Source of the DNA: Gemmatimonadota bacterium
GTDB lineage: Bacteria > Desulfobacterota > Deferrimicrobia > Deferrimicrobiales > Deferrimicrobiaceae
Reading direction: 5' to 3'
Assembly (NCBI GenBank): GCA_050257455.1
Contig: JBLMWX010000164.1
Coordinates: 1-58,225, forward strand
Length of the DNA stretch: 58,225 bases
Shown here: positions 1 through 8,586 of the stretch, in pieces
Numbering within the stretch: the first letter of the stretch is position 1
Layout of the letters: each line of letters begins with the position of its first letter
Translations under genes and position numbers: made by a program
The notes under the pieces: generated by a model
The model's database searches: none
What the model was told of the DNA's origin: nothing
The model's input: only the letters and a program-made list of their open reading frames with translations

Positions 1-2
1 GG

Positions 3-1181
3 ATGGTTCTCCACGTGATGGAGCTCCAGGGGATCTATTCCGACTACTTCTTCTTCGGGGAGAACTGTTCCTATAACCTCCTCTTTCTCCTGGAGGCCGG
101 GGCGCCGTCCGCGCGGCTGACCGATCGCTTCCGGGGCTGGACCGTCCCGGCGGACACGGTCCGGGCCGCCCTGTCCGAGGGGCTCCTGTCGCCCCCCGTC
201 TACCGGCCCTCCCAGGCGCGGCGGATCCGGCACATCGCGGCGAGTCTCGACGCCGACGCGCTCGCCCGCGCGGTCGCGGTCATCGACGGGACCGGGACCG
301 CGGCCGATGCGGCCGCGGCGGACATTCCGGAGGGCGAAAGGGCGCGCCTCCTCGACCTCGCCTCGGAGACGATCCAGCTGCGGTACATGAAGCGCCAGAT
401 CGACAAGGACGCGTTCCAGAAGCGGTTCCTCGAGGTGCTCTCGGCGAGGAGCCGGCTCTCGGACGCGGCCGGGGAGCTTCCGCCGATCGAGGCGCCGGTG
501 CGGCCGGACGAAGGGCACGGCTCGTCGCGCCTGACGCTCGGGGCCGGGGTCAGGAAGGAGACGTTCTTCGTCGAGGCGGGCGTCCGCCCGGCGTACCATG
601 ACCTCCTCGACGCCGACGGGGGGTACACGGCGGGTTCCCAGATCGACTTCCTCAACGCCGCGGTGCGGTACTACCCGGAAGACGACCGGTTCCGGCTCCA
701 CCGGCTGGATCTCGTCCACATCGTCTCGCTGGCCGAACGCGACGCGTTCTTCCGCCCGGTGTCCTGGAAGGTGTATGCCGGGATCCTGGACAAGCCGTTC
801 CCGGATACGCCCGGCGCGTCCGTCGCCGTCCTGTCGCCCGGGGGAGGTTTCGCCTGGGCGAGCCGCGCCCTCGGCCTCGCGTACGGCCTGGTCGAGACGG
901 AGCTCGATGTCTCGGACCGGTACCGGAAGGGGTACGCGGCCGGGATCGGCGCCTCCGCGGGGCTGATCCGGCAGGTCGGGGCGTCGTGGAAGGTCGCGCT
1001 CCAGGCGCGGCAGATCTTCGCGGTCGCGGGCGACACGCGCCGCGGGAACGGCTTCTCCGCGTGGGCGCACGGCGGGCTTGCCCTCGGCCGGAACGCGGCC
1101 CTCTTCCTGGATGCGGGATGGGAGGACTCCGGGGGCGTCCGGCTCGGCGAGGCGAAGCTCTCCCTCGCCCGTTATTTCTGA
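3..1181 (+). CDS. DUF4105-like periplasmic protein (Lnb N-terminal domain family), 5' end probably cut by the window edge
   Basis: The frame is open from the window start. The motif YFFFGENCSYNLLFLLE is typical of DUF4105. GC3-rich codon usage. Stop at 1179-1181. Confidence 0.6.
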   Translation: MVLHVMELQGIYSDYFFFGENCSYNLLFLLEAGAPSARLTDRFRGWTVPADTVRAALSEGLLSPPVYRPSQARRIRHIAASLDADALARAVAVIDGTGTAADAAAADIPEGERARLLDLASETIQLRYMKRQIDKDAFQKRFLEVLSARSRLSDAAGELPPIEAPVRPDEGHGSSRLTLGAGVRKETFFVEAGVRPAYHDLLDADGGYTAGSQIDFLNAAVRYYPEDDRFRLHRLDLVHIVSLAERDAFFRPVSWKVYAGILDKPFPDTPGASVAVLSPGGGFAWASRALGLAYGLVETELDVSDRYRKGYAAGIGASAGLIRQVGASWKVALQARQIFAVAGDTRRGNGFSAWAHGGLALGRNAALFLDAGWEDSGGVRLGEAKLSLARYF

Positions 1182-1345
1182 GCGGGGCCGCCGGGGCCCC
1201 GCCGCAGCACGGATGTGTCTCCAAACGGCCGCGGAATGAGGATAGAATGTGCGTACCCGGCCGGCGAAGGTCCGGCGGCTCCCGCCGGCCCGGCGGCGGG
1301 GGAGACCCGGTCCGGGCCGGGCATCGGAGGAGAGGTTCGAGGGCG

Positions 1346-2767
1346 ATGGCGGACGACACCCGGCGGGGCGGGGGGGAGCCGCACAAGGCGATCCTGCGGT
1401 TCGACGGGCGCCGGATGTGCCCCGTCGGGCACGAACCCGTGGAGGAACACCCGGTCGCCCTGACCGTCAACGGCAGGGAGCTCGTGACCCTCATCGCCTC
1501 CCCCCACGATCTCGAGTTCCTCGTGGCCGGCTTCCTGCGGATGCAGGGGCTCGTCGACCGCCTCGACGACATCCAGGCGTTGACCGTGTGCCCCGAGTTC
1601 GGAGCGGCCAGCGCCCGGATCCGGAAGGAGGTGCCGGCGCGCCTCGTTCCCACGATCACCTCGGGTTGCGGCGGCGGGATCGGTTTCGACATTCCCGGTC
1701 CGTCGGCCGGCGCCGCGGCCGCCGGCGGAGGCGCGGCCCCGGGACGACGCTATTCTTCCGACGACGTTTTCAGCACGATGGACCAGCTGGAGCGGCTCGC
1801 CACGCGGTACAGGGCCGCGGGGGGCATTCATTCGGCCGCCGCCGGGGACGGCCGGAGGATCCTCCTCCACGCGGAGGACATCGGCCGGCACAACACGATC
1901 GACCGGATCGCGGGCGAGGCGCTTCTCAAGGAGATCGACCTCTCGGGCGCGATCCTGGCGACGTCGGGCCGCGTCTCGTCGGAGATGGCGGCCAAGGGCG
2001 CCGCGCTCGGCGTCGGCCTCATCGCCTCGCGGACGTCGCCCACCGACATGGCGGCCGAGATCTGCGACGACGCCGGGATCGCCCTCCTCGGCTACGTCCG
2101 CGGCCGCCGGTTCAACGTGTACGCCCGCGCCGAGCGGCTGGCCGTCCCCGCGCCCTGCGAGCCGATCCAAGACGTGACGGGGGTCATCCTGGCGGGCGGA
2201 TCCTCGACCCGGATGGGGAGCAACAAGGCGCTCCTGCCCTACCAGGGGGCGACGTTCGTCGAGTCGATCCACCGGCGGATGGCGGCGCTGTTCCGGGACG
2301 TGATCCTCGTCACGAACGCGCCGGAGGTCTACCGGTTCATGCCCTGCCCCACGGTCGCCGACGTCGTGCCGGGCTTCGGCGCGCTCTCGGGCATCCACGC
2401 GGCCCTGCGCCACGCCGGGACCGGGCACGTCTTCGTGGTCGCGTGCGACATGCCGTCCGTCAGCGGGGATCTCGTCCGGTGCATGGTCGCGATGCGGGAA
2501 GGACACGACGCCGTGGTCCCGGAGAGCGGGACCGGGCTCGAGCCGCTGTGCGCCGTCTACGGAAAGGGGGCGCTCCCGGCGATCGAGGAGGCGCTGCGGT
2601 CGGGATGCGGCAAGGTGGTCTCGGTCCTCCCGAAGATCCGGGTGAGGACCGTCGCGCGCCACGAGGTCTCCCTCGTCGATCCCGGTTTTCGCTCGTTCCG
2701 CAACATCAACACGCCTGCCGACTACTACGCGCTCCGCGAGGGCGAGGCCGGGACGGTCGACCCGTGA
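1346..2767 (+). CDS. fdhD-mobA: FdhD (formate dehydrogenase sulfurtransferase) fused in frame to MobA (molybdenum cofactor guanylyltransferase)
   Basis: ATG at 1346 is preceded by GGAGGAGAGG. The N-terminal half has FdhD motifs (HPVALTVNGREL, GRHNTIDR, SRTSPT). From about 2174 there are MobA motifs (GVILAGGSSTRMG, VVACDMP). No stop codon lies between the halves. The 986-1345 part of the tracked ORF is Arg/Gly-rich and judged non-coding. Confidence 0.85.
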   Translation: MADDTRRGGGEPHKAILRFDGRRMCPVGHEPVEEHPVALTVNGRELVTLIASPHDLEFLVAGFLRMQGLVDRLDDIQALTVCPEFGAASARIRKEVPARLVPTITSGCGGGIGFDIPGPSAGAAAAGGGAAPGRRYSSDDVFSTMDQLERLATRYRAAGGIHSAAAGDGRRILLHAEDIGRHNTIDRIAGEALLKEIDLSGAILATSGRVSSEMAAKGAALGVGLIASRTSPTDMAAEICDDAGIALLGYVRGRRFNVYARAERLAVPAPCEPIQDVTGVILAGGSSTRMGSNKALLPYQGATFVESIHRRMAALFRDVILVTNAPEVYRFMPCPTVADVVPGFGALSGIHAALRHAGTGHVFVVACDMPSVSGDLVRCMVAMREGHDAVVPESGTGLEPLCAVYGKGALPAIEEALRSGCGKVVSVLPKIRVRTVARHEVSLVDPGFRSFRNINTPADYYALREGEAGTVDP

Positions 2768-3318
2768 CGCCTGCCGGCCGGGCGGCGCGCGGAAAGGCCG
2801 TCGCGTTCGTCGCGCCGTCCGGGACGGGGAAGACGACCCTCCTCGAGAAGCTGATCGCCGAGCTCAAGCGACGCGGGCGCCGGGTGGGGGCGATCAAGCA
2901 CGACGCCCACCGCTTCGAGATCGACCACCCTGGCAAGGACAGCCATCGGCTCGCCGCCGCGGGGGCCGACACGACGCTCGTCACGTCCCGGGAAAAGCTC
3001 GCCCTCGTCCGCAGGCACGCCGCCGCGCCGCCGGTCGAGGAGATCGTCGCGGCCTACTTCGGCGACGTGGACATCGTGCTCGTGGAAGGGTTCCGCGGGA
3101 GCTCCCTGCCCAGGATCGAGGTCCGCCGGGCGGGGCGCGGCGGGAGCCTCCCGCGCGACGCCGCGGGGCGGGATCCCCTCCTCGTGGCCGTGGCGAGCGA
3201 CGCGGCGCTCGACCTCGACGTGCCCGTCTTCCGGCTCGACGACGCCGCGGGGCTTGCCGACTTCCTGGAAGAGACGTTCATCCGGCGCCTTCCCCGAAAA
3301 GTTCAGGAACGTCCCTGA
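2764..3318 (+). CDS. mobB: Molybdopterin-guanine dinucleotide biosynthesis protein MobB
   Basis: GTG at 2764 overlaps the upstream stop (GTGA). P-loop APSGTGKTTL. MobB-like IKHDAHRFEIDHPGKDS and VLVEGF. Confidence 0.85.
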   Translation: MTPAGRAARGKAVAFVAPSGTGKTTLLEKLIAELKRRGRRVGAIKHDAHRFEIDHPGKDSHRLAAAGADTTLVTSREKLALVRRHAAAPPVEEIVAAYFGDVDIVLVEGFRGSSLPRIEVRRAGRGGSLPRDAAGRDPLLVAVASDAALDLDVPVFRLDDAAGLADFLEETFIRRLPRKVQERP

Positions 3319-3320
3319 AC
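3296..3320 (+). repeat. Copy A of a 25-nt palindromic junction motif GAAAAGTTCAGGAACGTCCCTGAAC
   Basis: It contains the 7-bp inverted repeat GTTCAGG/CCTGAAC. It lies at the convergent junction of mobB (stop 3316-3318, inside the motif) and the MFS gene (stop 3323-3325). A second copy with one mismatch is at 30387-30411 on the minus strand. Confidence 0.7.
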
Positions 3321-3322
3321 GA

Positions 3323-4687
3323 TCAGGGGTCGCGGATCGGGACGAAGAAGAGGAGCAGCATGGACGGGATGGAGGCGAAGAAGGCGAGGAGGAACATGTC
3401 GAGGTAGCCGATCGACTCCACGATCAGGCCGCCGAACCCGCCGAAGAAGGTCGAGAAGAGGGACATGACCGCCGTGCCGACGGCGAAGTGCGACGCCCGG
3501 TACTCGGGCAGGCACGTGCGGAGGATGTAGACGGTCAGCACGGCGCTCCCCAGGCCCGCGGCGGTCTGCTCGTAGAAGTGGACGGCGGCGATCATGAGCA
3601 GCCCCGTCGAGTCGGACGCGGCCGGCCTGGCCCACGCGAGCCAGACGTAGGCCCAGATGTTGAAGTTCATGAGGATCGTCAGCGGCCAGATGGTCCGCCG
3701 CAGGCCGCTCCGCCGGATCCAGACCCCGCCGATCGTCGTGCCCGCCACCGCGCCGAGCGCCCCCAGGATCCCGGAGAGCCAGGCGAACTGGCCCTTGGTC
3801 ACCCCGAGTTCCCGCATCAGGAACGGCGTGTTCATCGAGAACAGGATCTCGTCCCCGACCTTGTAGAACACGATGAACAGGACGACGAGCGGGAAACGGT
3901 CCTGCCTCGCGTAGGTGACGAACGCCTGCCCGTAATCGCGCAGGACCTCGCGCCACGTCCTTCGGCCGCGCCGCGCCTCCTCGAAGCGCGGCGCCTTCGC
4001 GACGTGGTAGAGCGTCGCGCACCCCATCGACAGCGCCGCGGCCCCGAAGGCGTAGCCCCAGGGGGCGAACGCTCCCGCCCCGGCGAGCCGCGCGGCGGCG
4101 AAGGCGGCGATCCCGATGAAGCCGCTGCGCGCCAGGATCAGGGCGACCCGGTAGGCGAAGACGCGGTATCCCGTCCAGGCCGCCTGTTCCCCCGGGTCCA
4201 CGATCCCGTCCTGGAAGTAGCCGTCGATGGCGACGTCGTTCGTCGCGGACAGAAAGGCGAGGACGACGAAGAGCGCGGCCACGGGCGCGAGGGCGGGCAT
4301 TCCGCCCGGCGGGGGCGCGGCGACGAGGCAGAACGCGGCGACCGCCGCCGTGACCAGCGACAGGAGGGCCTGGAGGACGATCATCCAGGTCCGCTTCGTC
4401 CCGAAGAGGTCGACGAGCGGCGCCCAGAGGAACTTCAGGTTCCAGGGGATGCCGAGGAAGTTGAGGTATCCGAGATACCGCTCCTTGAGCCCCACGTCCG
4501 TGAAGAAGGCCGAGGACATGAGCCGGATGATCCCGTAAGGCAGTCCCTCGGCGAAATAGGTCGAGAAGACCCAGGTCGCCGGCGATCCGGCCAGGGGGCG
4601 CTCCCCCCGCGCCGCCCCGGGGTTCCGTTTCGCCGCGTTGTTTGTCTCGCCGGAAAGGCGAGAGGATTTGGGAAGATGGAAGGGCAC
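3323..4687 (-). CDS. MFS permease, AmpG/PAT family
   Basis: Multi-TM hydrophobic profile. N-terminal FSTYFAEGLPYGI and LNFLGIPWNLKFLWAPLVD are typical of AmpG-like MFS transporters. Confidence 0.75.
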   Translation of the reverse strand: MPFHLPKSSRLSGETNNAAKRNPGAARGERPLAGSPATWVFSTYFAEGLPYGIIRLMSSAFFTDVGLKERYLGYLNFLGIPWNLKFLWAPLVDLFGTKRTWMIVLQALLSLVTAAVAAFCLVAAPPPGGMPALAPVAALFVVLAFLSATNDVAIDGYFQDGIVDPGEQAAWTGYRVFAYRVALILARSGFIGIAAFAAARLAGAGAFAPWGYAFGAAALSMGCATLYHVAKAPRFEEARRGRRTWREVLRDYGQAFVTYARQDRFPLVVLFIVFYKVGDEILFSMNTPFLMRELGVTKGQFAWLSGILGALGAVAGTTIGGVWIRRSGLRRTIWPLTILMNFNIWAYVWLAWARPAASDSTGLLMIAAVHFYEQTAAGLGSAVLTVYILRTCLPEYRASHFAVGTAVMSLFSTFFGGFGGLIVESIGYLDMFLLAFFASIPSMLLLFFVPIRDP

Positions 4688-4772
4688 GGGTCAGTAATGG
4701 GCGCGTCCGGGAAATATTTTCACCGCACAGTCTCTTCTCGGATACCTTAATGTCCAACGTTACGAAAATCTA

Positions 4773-4800
4773 TTGATTTTCCGTTTTCCCATGTTATGAT
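4773..4800 (+). promoter_or_regulatory. Candidate sigma-70 promoter (TTGATT-N16-TATGAT) upstream of the rpfF-like gene
   Basis: Lies in a conspicuously AT-rich 200-bp intergenic region (4688-4885) between divergent genes. Hexamers and spacing were counted by eye. Confidence 0.35.
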
Positions 4801-4885
4801 CCCTAGGCACCGCCTGTGATAACGTTGTTCTGTCGTGTAATATCAGCTTGATTTTGCTCCACGATATCTCGATGAGGCCGAGTGG

Positions 4886-5782
4886 ATGATCGAAGGGACG
4901 TCCGATCTCAGGAGCACGGGGAAAGATCTCAGGCAAATGTCGACGCGTTATGACGCCGACTACGGGGCCCTGTGGTGTTTCATGGATCCGAAGCCGCGCC
5001 CCTGTTTTAATCCGGAACTTCTCGCGGAGATCGGGACGTTCGTGTCCGCCGTCGCGTCCGTCAACCGCAGCGGGACAGGCGACGGCCCGGTCAGGTTCAC
5101 GGTGCTCGCCTCGCGGACTCCCCGCGTGTTCAGTCTCGGGGGCGACCTTGCGCTGTTCGTCCAGTGCGCCAGGGCGAAGGACCGCGAGGCGCTGCGCCGT
5201 TATTCGCGGGCGTGCGTCGGGATCGTCCATTCGGGGATCATCGGCTACGGCCTTCCCGTCACCACGATTTCCCTCGTGCAGGGGGACGCCATGGGGGGCG
5301 GCTTCGAGGCGGCCCTCTGCAACAACGTGGTCGTCGCGGAGAAGAGCGCGCGGTTCGGGCTGCCGGAGGTCCTGTTCAACCTGTTTCCGGGGATGGGAGC
5401 GTACAGCCTCCTCGCGCGCCGCGTCGGCGCCGTTCGGGCGGAGAAGATGATCCTGGGCGGGCAGATCTTCGATGCCGCCTGGCTTCACGAGATCGGCGTG
5501 GTGGATGTCCTCGCCGAGGACGGCGAGGGGGAGAAGGCGGTCTACGAGTACATGGCGCGGCACCTGCGGCGTCGCGCCGCGCACCAGTCCGTCCTCAAGG
5601 CCCGGCAGCGGGTCCACCCGGTGACCCTGGAGGAGTTGACGGACATCGCCGATCTCTGGGTCGATGCGGCGATGAGCCTCGAGGCCAAGGACATCCGGCT
5701 GATGGAGCGCCTGATCAGGGCCCAGGACAAGATCGCGGCCGGCGCGATGCCGCGCGACGTCTCGGTGGGAATTTTCGCCTGA
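4886..5782 (+). CDS. rpfF: DSF-family signal synthase, RpfF-type crotonase/enoyl-CoA hydratase
   Basis: Crotonase fold with RpfF/Bcam0581-like hallmarks recalled from memory: PRPCFN, GGDLALFV, GGGFEAAL and GLPEVLFNLFPGMGAYSLLARR (two catalytic Glu), C-terminal LWVDAA..KDIRLMERL. The start could instead be the internal ATG at MSTRYD. Confidence 0.8.
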   Translation: MIEGTSDLRSTGKDLRQMSTRYDADYGALWCFMDPKPRPCFNPELLAEIGTFVSAVASVNRSGTGDGPVRFTVLASRTPRVFSLGGDLALFVQCARAKDREALRRYSRACVGIVHSGIIGYGLPVTTISLVQGDAMGGGFEAALCNNVVVAEKSARFGLPEVLFNLFPGMGAYSLLARRVGAVRAEKMILGGQIFDAAWLHEIGVVDVLAEDGEGEKAVYEYMARHLRRRAAHQSVLKARQRVHPVTLEELTDIADLWVDAAMSLEAKDIRLMERLIRAQDKIAAGAMPRDVSVGIFA

Positions 5783-5803
5783 ATCGGGCGTCGCGGCGCG
5801 CCG

Positions 5804-8416
5804 TCACGAAACGGCAGAGCCGGAATTCCCGGCGGATTCGCGCAGCGCCGCCGCGACCCGTCCGAACTCGTCCTTGAGCCGCTCGAGGAGGACAGCCGCG
5901 TTCTCCTCGTGGTTCTCCGGCCCGGTCCGGGAGAATTCGTTGCAGATCTCCATCAGTGGGAACGCGCCGATCTGCCCCGCGCTTCCTTTGAGCGCGTGCG
6001 CGATGTCGCGGACGAGCCCGTAGCGCTTCTGGGCGGCGGCCTTCTCCATCTCCCGGATCTTGCCGGCTCCCGCTTCCAGGAAGATCCCGACGAGCTTCCC
6101 GAAGAAGTCGCCGCCTCCGCCGAGCTTCTTCAGCTCGTCGATCGTGGCCGGGTCGAGGGAAGGGCGGGTTTCCCGCCCCTGCGCGGGCGCCTCGGCCCGC
6201 CCGCCCGGGGCGTCTCTCGCCGGGAGACCGTCCGCCGGCCTCCTGGCCGCCGGGACGAGCGCTCCGATCGTCTCCAGCAGCTTCTTCGTCTCGACCGGCT
6301 TCGTCAGGCAGGCGTCCATGCCGGCGTCCGTGCACTCCCTGGCGGCCTCCGGCGTGGCGTCCGCCGTGAGGGCCACGATGGGGACGCGCGGCTCCCGCGG
6401 GTGCGCGAGGCGATGGATCTTGGCGGCTTCCAGGCCGCCCATGACCGGCATCTGCAGGTCCATCAGGACGACGTCGAACGGATGTTTCTCCAGGGCGTCG
6501 AGCGCCTTTTCGCCGTTCTCGACGATGTGCACCGCGTGGCCGGCCCGCTCGAGCATCCTGGCGACGACCTTCTGGTTGATCACGTTGTCCTCGGCGACCA
6601 GGACGCGCAGCCGCTTCGTCCCCTCGATCTTCTGCTGGTAGCGGCTCGCGAGGCTGGCGATCCCCCGGTCGGCGGGCTCGTCCGGCTGGACGAAATGGAG
6701 CGCGTTGAACAGCATCCTCTTGTCGATCGGCGCGCGGACGGCCGCCGCGTACCCGTGTTTCGTCAGGGTCTCGAGGTCGGTTTCCCGCTCGCCCTCGGCC
6801 ACCAGGACGAGCTGGACCGACTGGATCAGGTGGACCGACTTGAGGGCGGCGGCGAGCTCGACGAAATCCATGTCGAGCCCGCGCTCCACGACGATGGCCA
6901 CGTGGAACGGATCCTTGCCGTTCGCCGCGGAGACGAGCGGCGCGAACGCTCCCGCGCCGGTCTCGACGACGGCCGGGGCGATTCCCCAGGACGCGAGGCA
7001 TTCCCGGAGCGTTCCGGTCGACTCGGCGTCCGACGAGACGATCAGGACACGGCTGTCCCGGATCCCTCCCGCTCCCAATGCGGGGGCGTGCGCGCCCGGC
7101 TGCTTCGCCAGCTCGACGGCGAACCAGAAGGTGCTGCCCTTGCCGGGCTCGCTGTGCAGGCCGATCGTGCCCCCCATCAGCTCCACGAGTTCCTTCGCGA
7201 TCGTCGTGCCGAGGCCGGTGCCGCCGAACCGGCGGGTGATGGAGTCGTCGGCCTGGGTGAAGCGGTTGAAGATCCGCGCCTGGGCTTCGGGGGCGATCCC
7301 GATCCCGGTGTCGGTCACCTCGAACTTCAGGGTCACGCTGCCCGGCGACTCGGCCGTGGGGGCGACGCGGAGGCAGACCTCGCCGGCGTCCGTGAACTTG
7401 ACGGCGTTGCCCAGCAGGTTGAGGATGATTTGGCGGAGCAGCAGCGGGTCGCCCCGCAGCAGGAACGGGATGTCGGACCGCACCTGCGTCGTGAGCCGCA
7501 GACCCTTCGCCTGGACTTGCGGCGCGAGCATGGCGCCCGTGGTCTTCAGGAAGGCGTGCAGGTCGAAATCGCAGGTTTCGACCGTGACCTTCCCGGCCTC
7601 GATCTTCGAGAAATCGAGAACGTCCTCGACCAGGGAGAGGAGCGTCGCCGCGGACGCGCGGACCGTGCCGGTGAACTCCCTCTGCTCCGCGCCCAGGGGG
7701 GTGTCGTTGAGAAGGTCGACCATCCCGAGGATGCCGTTCAGGGGCGTCCGCATCTCGTGGCTCATGTTGGCGAGGAACCGATTCTTCGCCCGGTTCGCCT
7801 CCTCGGCCCGCCGGACCGCCTCTTCCATCTTCTTGAGCAGCGAGGAGACGTACGCCGGAAGCACGACGAGCCCGATCAGGAGGCCGTAGGCCATGTTCGG
7901 GTTGGATCGCCAATAGCGGTTCGTGTGGATGACGACGAAGAAGAACGCCGTGGAGAGGATCGTGGCGGCGGCCAGGTACTTTCGGCCGTACCGGAAGCCG
8001 TTGCCGAACGTCACCCAGAGAAGGGTGACGTACAGGGGGGCACACAGTTCTCCGCCGAAGTACATGCCGTACGAAGTGACGCCGAGGTCGGCGATCATCC
8101 CGACGATGCGGCGCGGCGGGGAGACGGAGCGACGGGCCAGCACCAGGGTCAACATGGCGACGGAAAACAGGGTATAGATGGCCCCGATCCAGAGGGCTTT
8201 TCTCTCGATGGCGTTAAAGACGCCGTCCTGGCGGGCCGCGAAGTAGACGTAAAAGGAAACGAAGATGATGAGGGTGAGACGAATGAAGGCCTGCTCGTGC
8301 TCGCTGTCGGGGCGGAGTCCGAACGAGCGGAAAAAACGGAGCAGTATTGCAGGGATTCCTCTCGTCCAGGAGGGCGTTGACCCCGTCCTGTTTCCCGCGG
8401 AAAAATTCAAGGACAA
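5804..8416 (-). CDS. RpfC-like tripartite hybrid sensor histidine kinase (multi-TM sensor, HisKA, HATPase, degenerate REC, REC, HPt)
   Basis: N-terminal DSEHEQAFIRL followed by about 5 TM helices. HisKA MSHEMRTPLNGILG. HATPase GTGLGTTIAKELVELMGG. Canonical receiver VVLMDLQMP. HPt HALKGSAGQIG. Convergent with rpfF, with a 21-bp gap. Confidence 0.85.
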   Translation of the reverse strand: MSLNFSAGNRTGSTPSWTRGIPAILLRFFRSFGLRPDSEHEQAFIRLTLIIFVSFYVYFAARQDGVFNAIERKALWIGAIYTLFSVAMLTLVLARRSVSPPRRIVGMIADLGVTSYGMYFGGELCAPLYVTLLWVTFGNGFRYGRKYLAAATILSTAFFFVVIHTNRYWRSNPNMAYGLLIGLVVLPAYVSSLLKKMEEAVRRAEEANRAKNRFLANMSHEMRTPLNGILGMVDLLNDTPLGAEQREFTGTVRASAATLLSLVEDVLDFSKIEAGKVTVETCDFDLHAFLKTTGAMLAPQVQAKGLRLTTQVRSDIPFLLRGDPLLLRQIILNLLGNAVKFTDAGEVCLRVAPTAESPGSVTLKFEVTDTGIGIAPEAQARIFNRFTQADDSITRRFGGTGLGTTIAKELVELMGGTIGLHSEPGKGSTFWFAVELAKQPGAHAPALGAGGIRDSRVLIVSSDAESTGTLRECLASWGIAPAVVETGAGAFAPLVSAANGKDPFHVAIVVERGLDMDFVELAAALKSVHLIQSVQLVLVAEGERETDLETLTKHGYAAAVRAPIDKRMLFNALHFVQPDEPADRGIASLASRYQQKIEGTKRLRVLVAEDNVINQKVVARMLERAGHAVHIVENGEKALDALEKHPFDVVLMDLQMPVMGGLEAAKIHRLAHPREPRVPIVALTADATPEAARECTDAGMDACLTKPVETKKLLETIGALVPAARRPADGLPARDAPGGRAEAPAQGRETRPSLDPATIDELKKLGGGGDFFGKLVGIFLEAGAGKIREMEKAAAQKRYGLVRDIAHALKGSAGQIGAFPLMEICNEFSRTGPENHEENAAVLLERLKDEFGRVAAALRESAGNSGSAVS

Positions 8417-8481
8417 TCTCCCCCGTGCAGGCCTCCATGATTATTCGCGGATAACCGGGGATGACTTTAGCGCATTTCCGT

Positions 8482-8510
8482 TTGACGACTGCACCTCTTA
8501 GTGTTATTTT
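8482..8510 (+). promoter_or_regulatory. Candidate sigma-70 promoter (TTGACG-N17-TATTTT) for the radical-SAM gene
   Basis: Located in the AT-rich divergent intergenic region 8417-8586. Counted by eye. Confidence 0.3.
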
Positions 8511-8586
8511 TCGGTCAATTTCGGGGATAAACATCGTTTTACGGCCAACTCGCGGCTCGGTGTCGAACGTGGCGGGGGAGCATGCC

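Noticed and set aside
986-1345. Upstream extensions of tracked ORFs, for example 986-1345 before fdhD, 8461-8586 before the radical-SAM gene, 26037-27722 beyond ccoN ATG 27422, 40175-40297 before amtB and 45445-45741 before the HD-GYP gene
   Set aside because: The extensions are Arg-rich and lack homology-like sequence. Internal ATG/GTG/TTG codons with good Shine-Dalgarno sequences coincide with the expected family N-termini.
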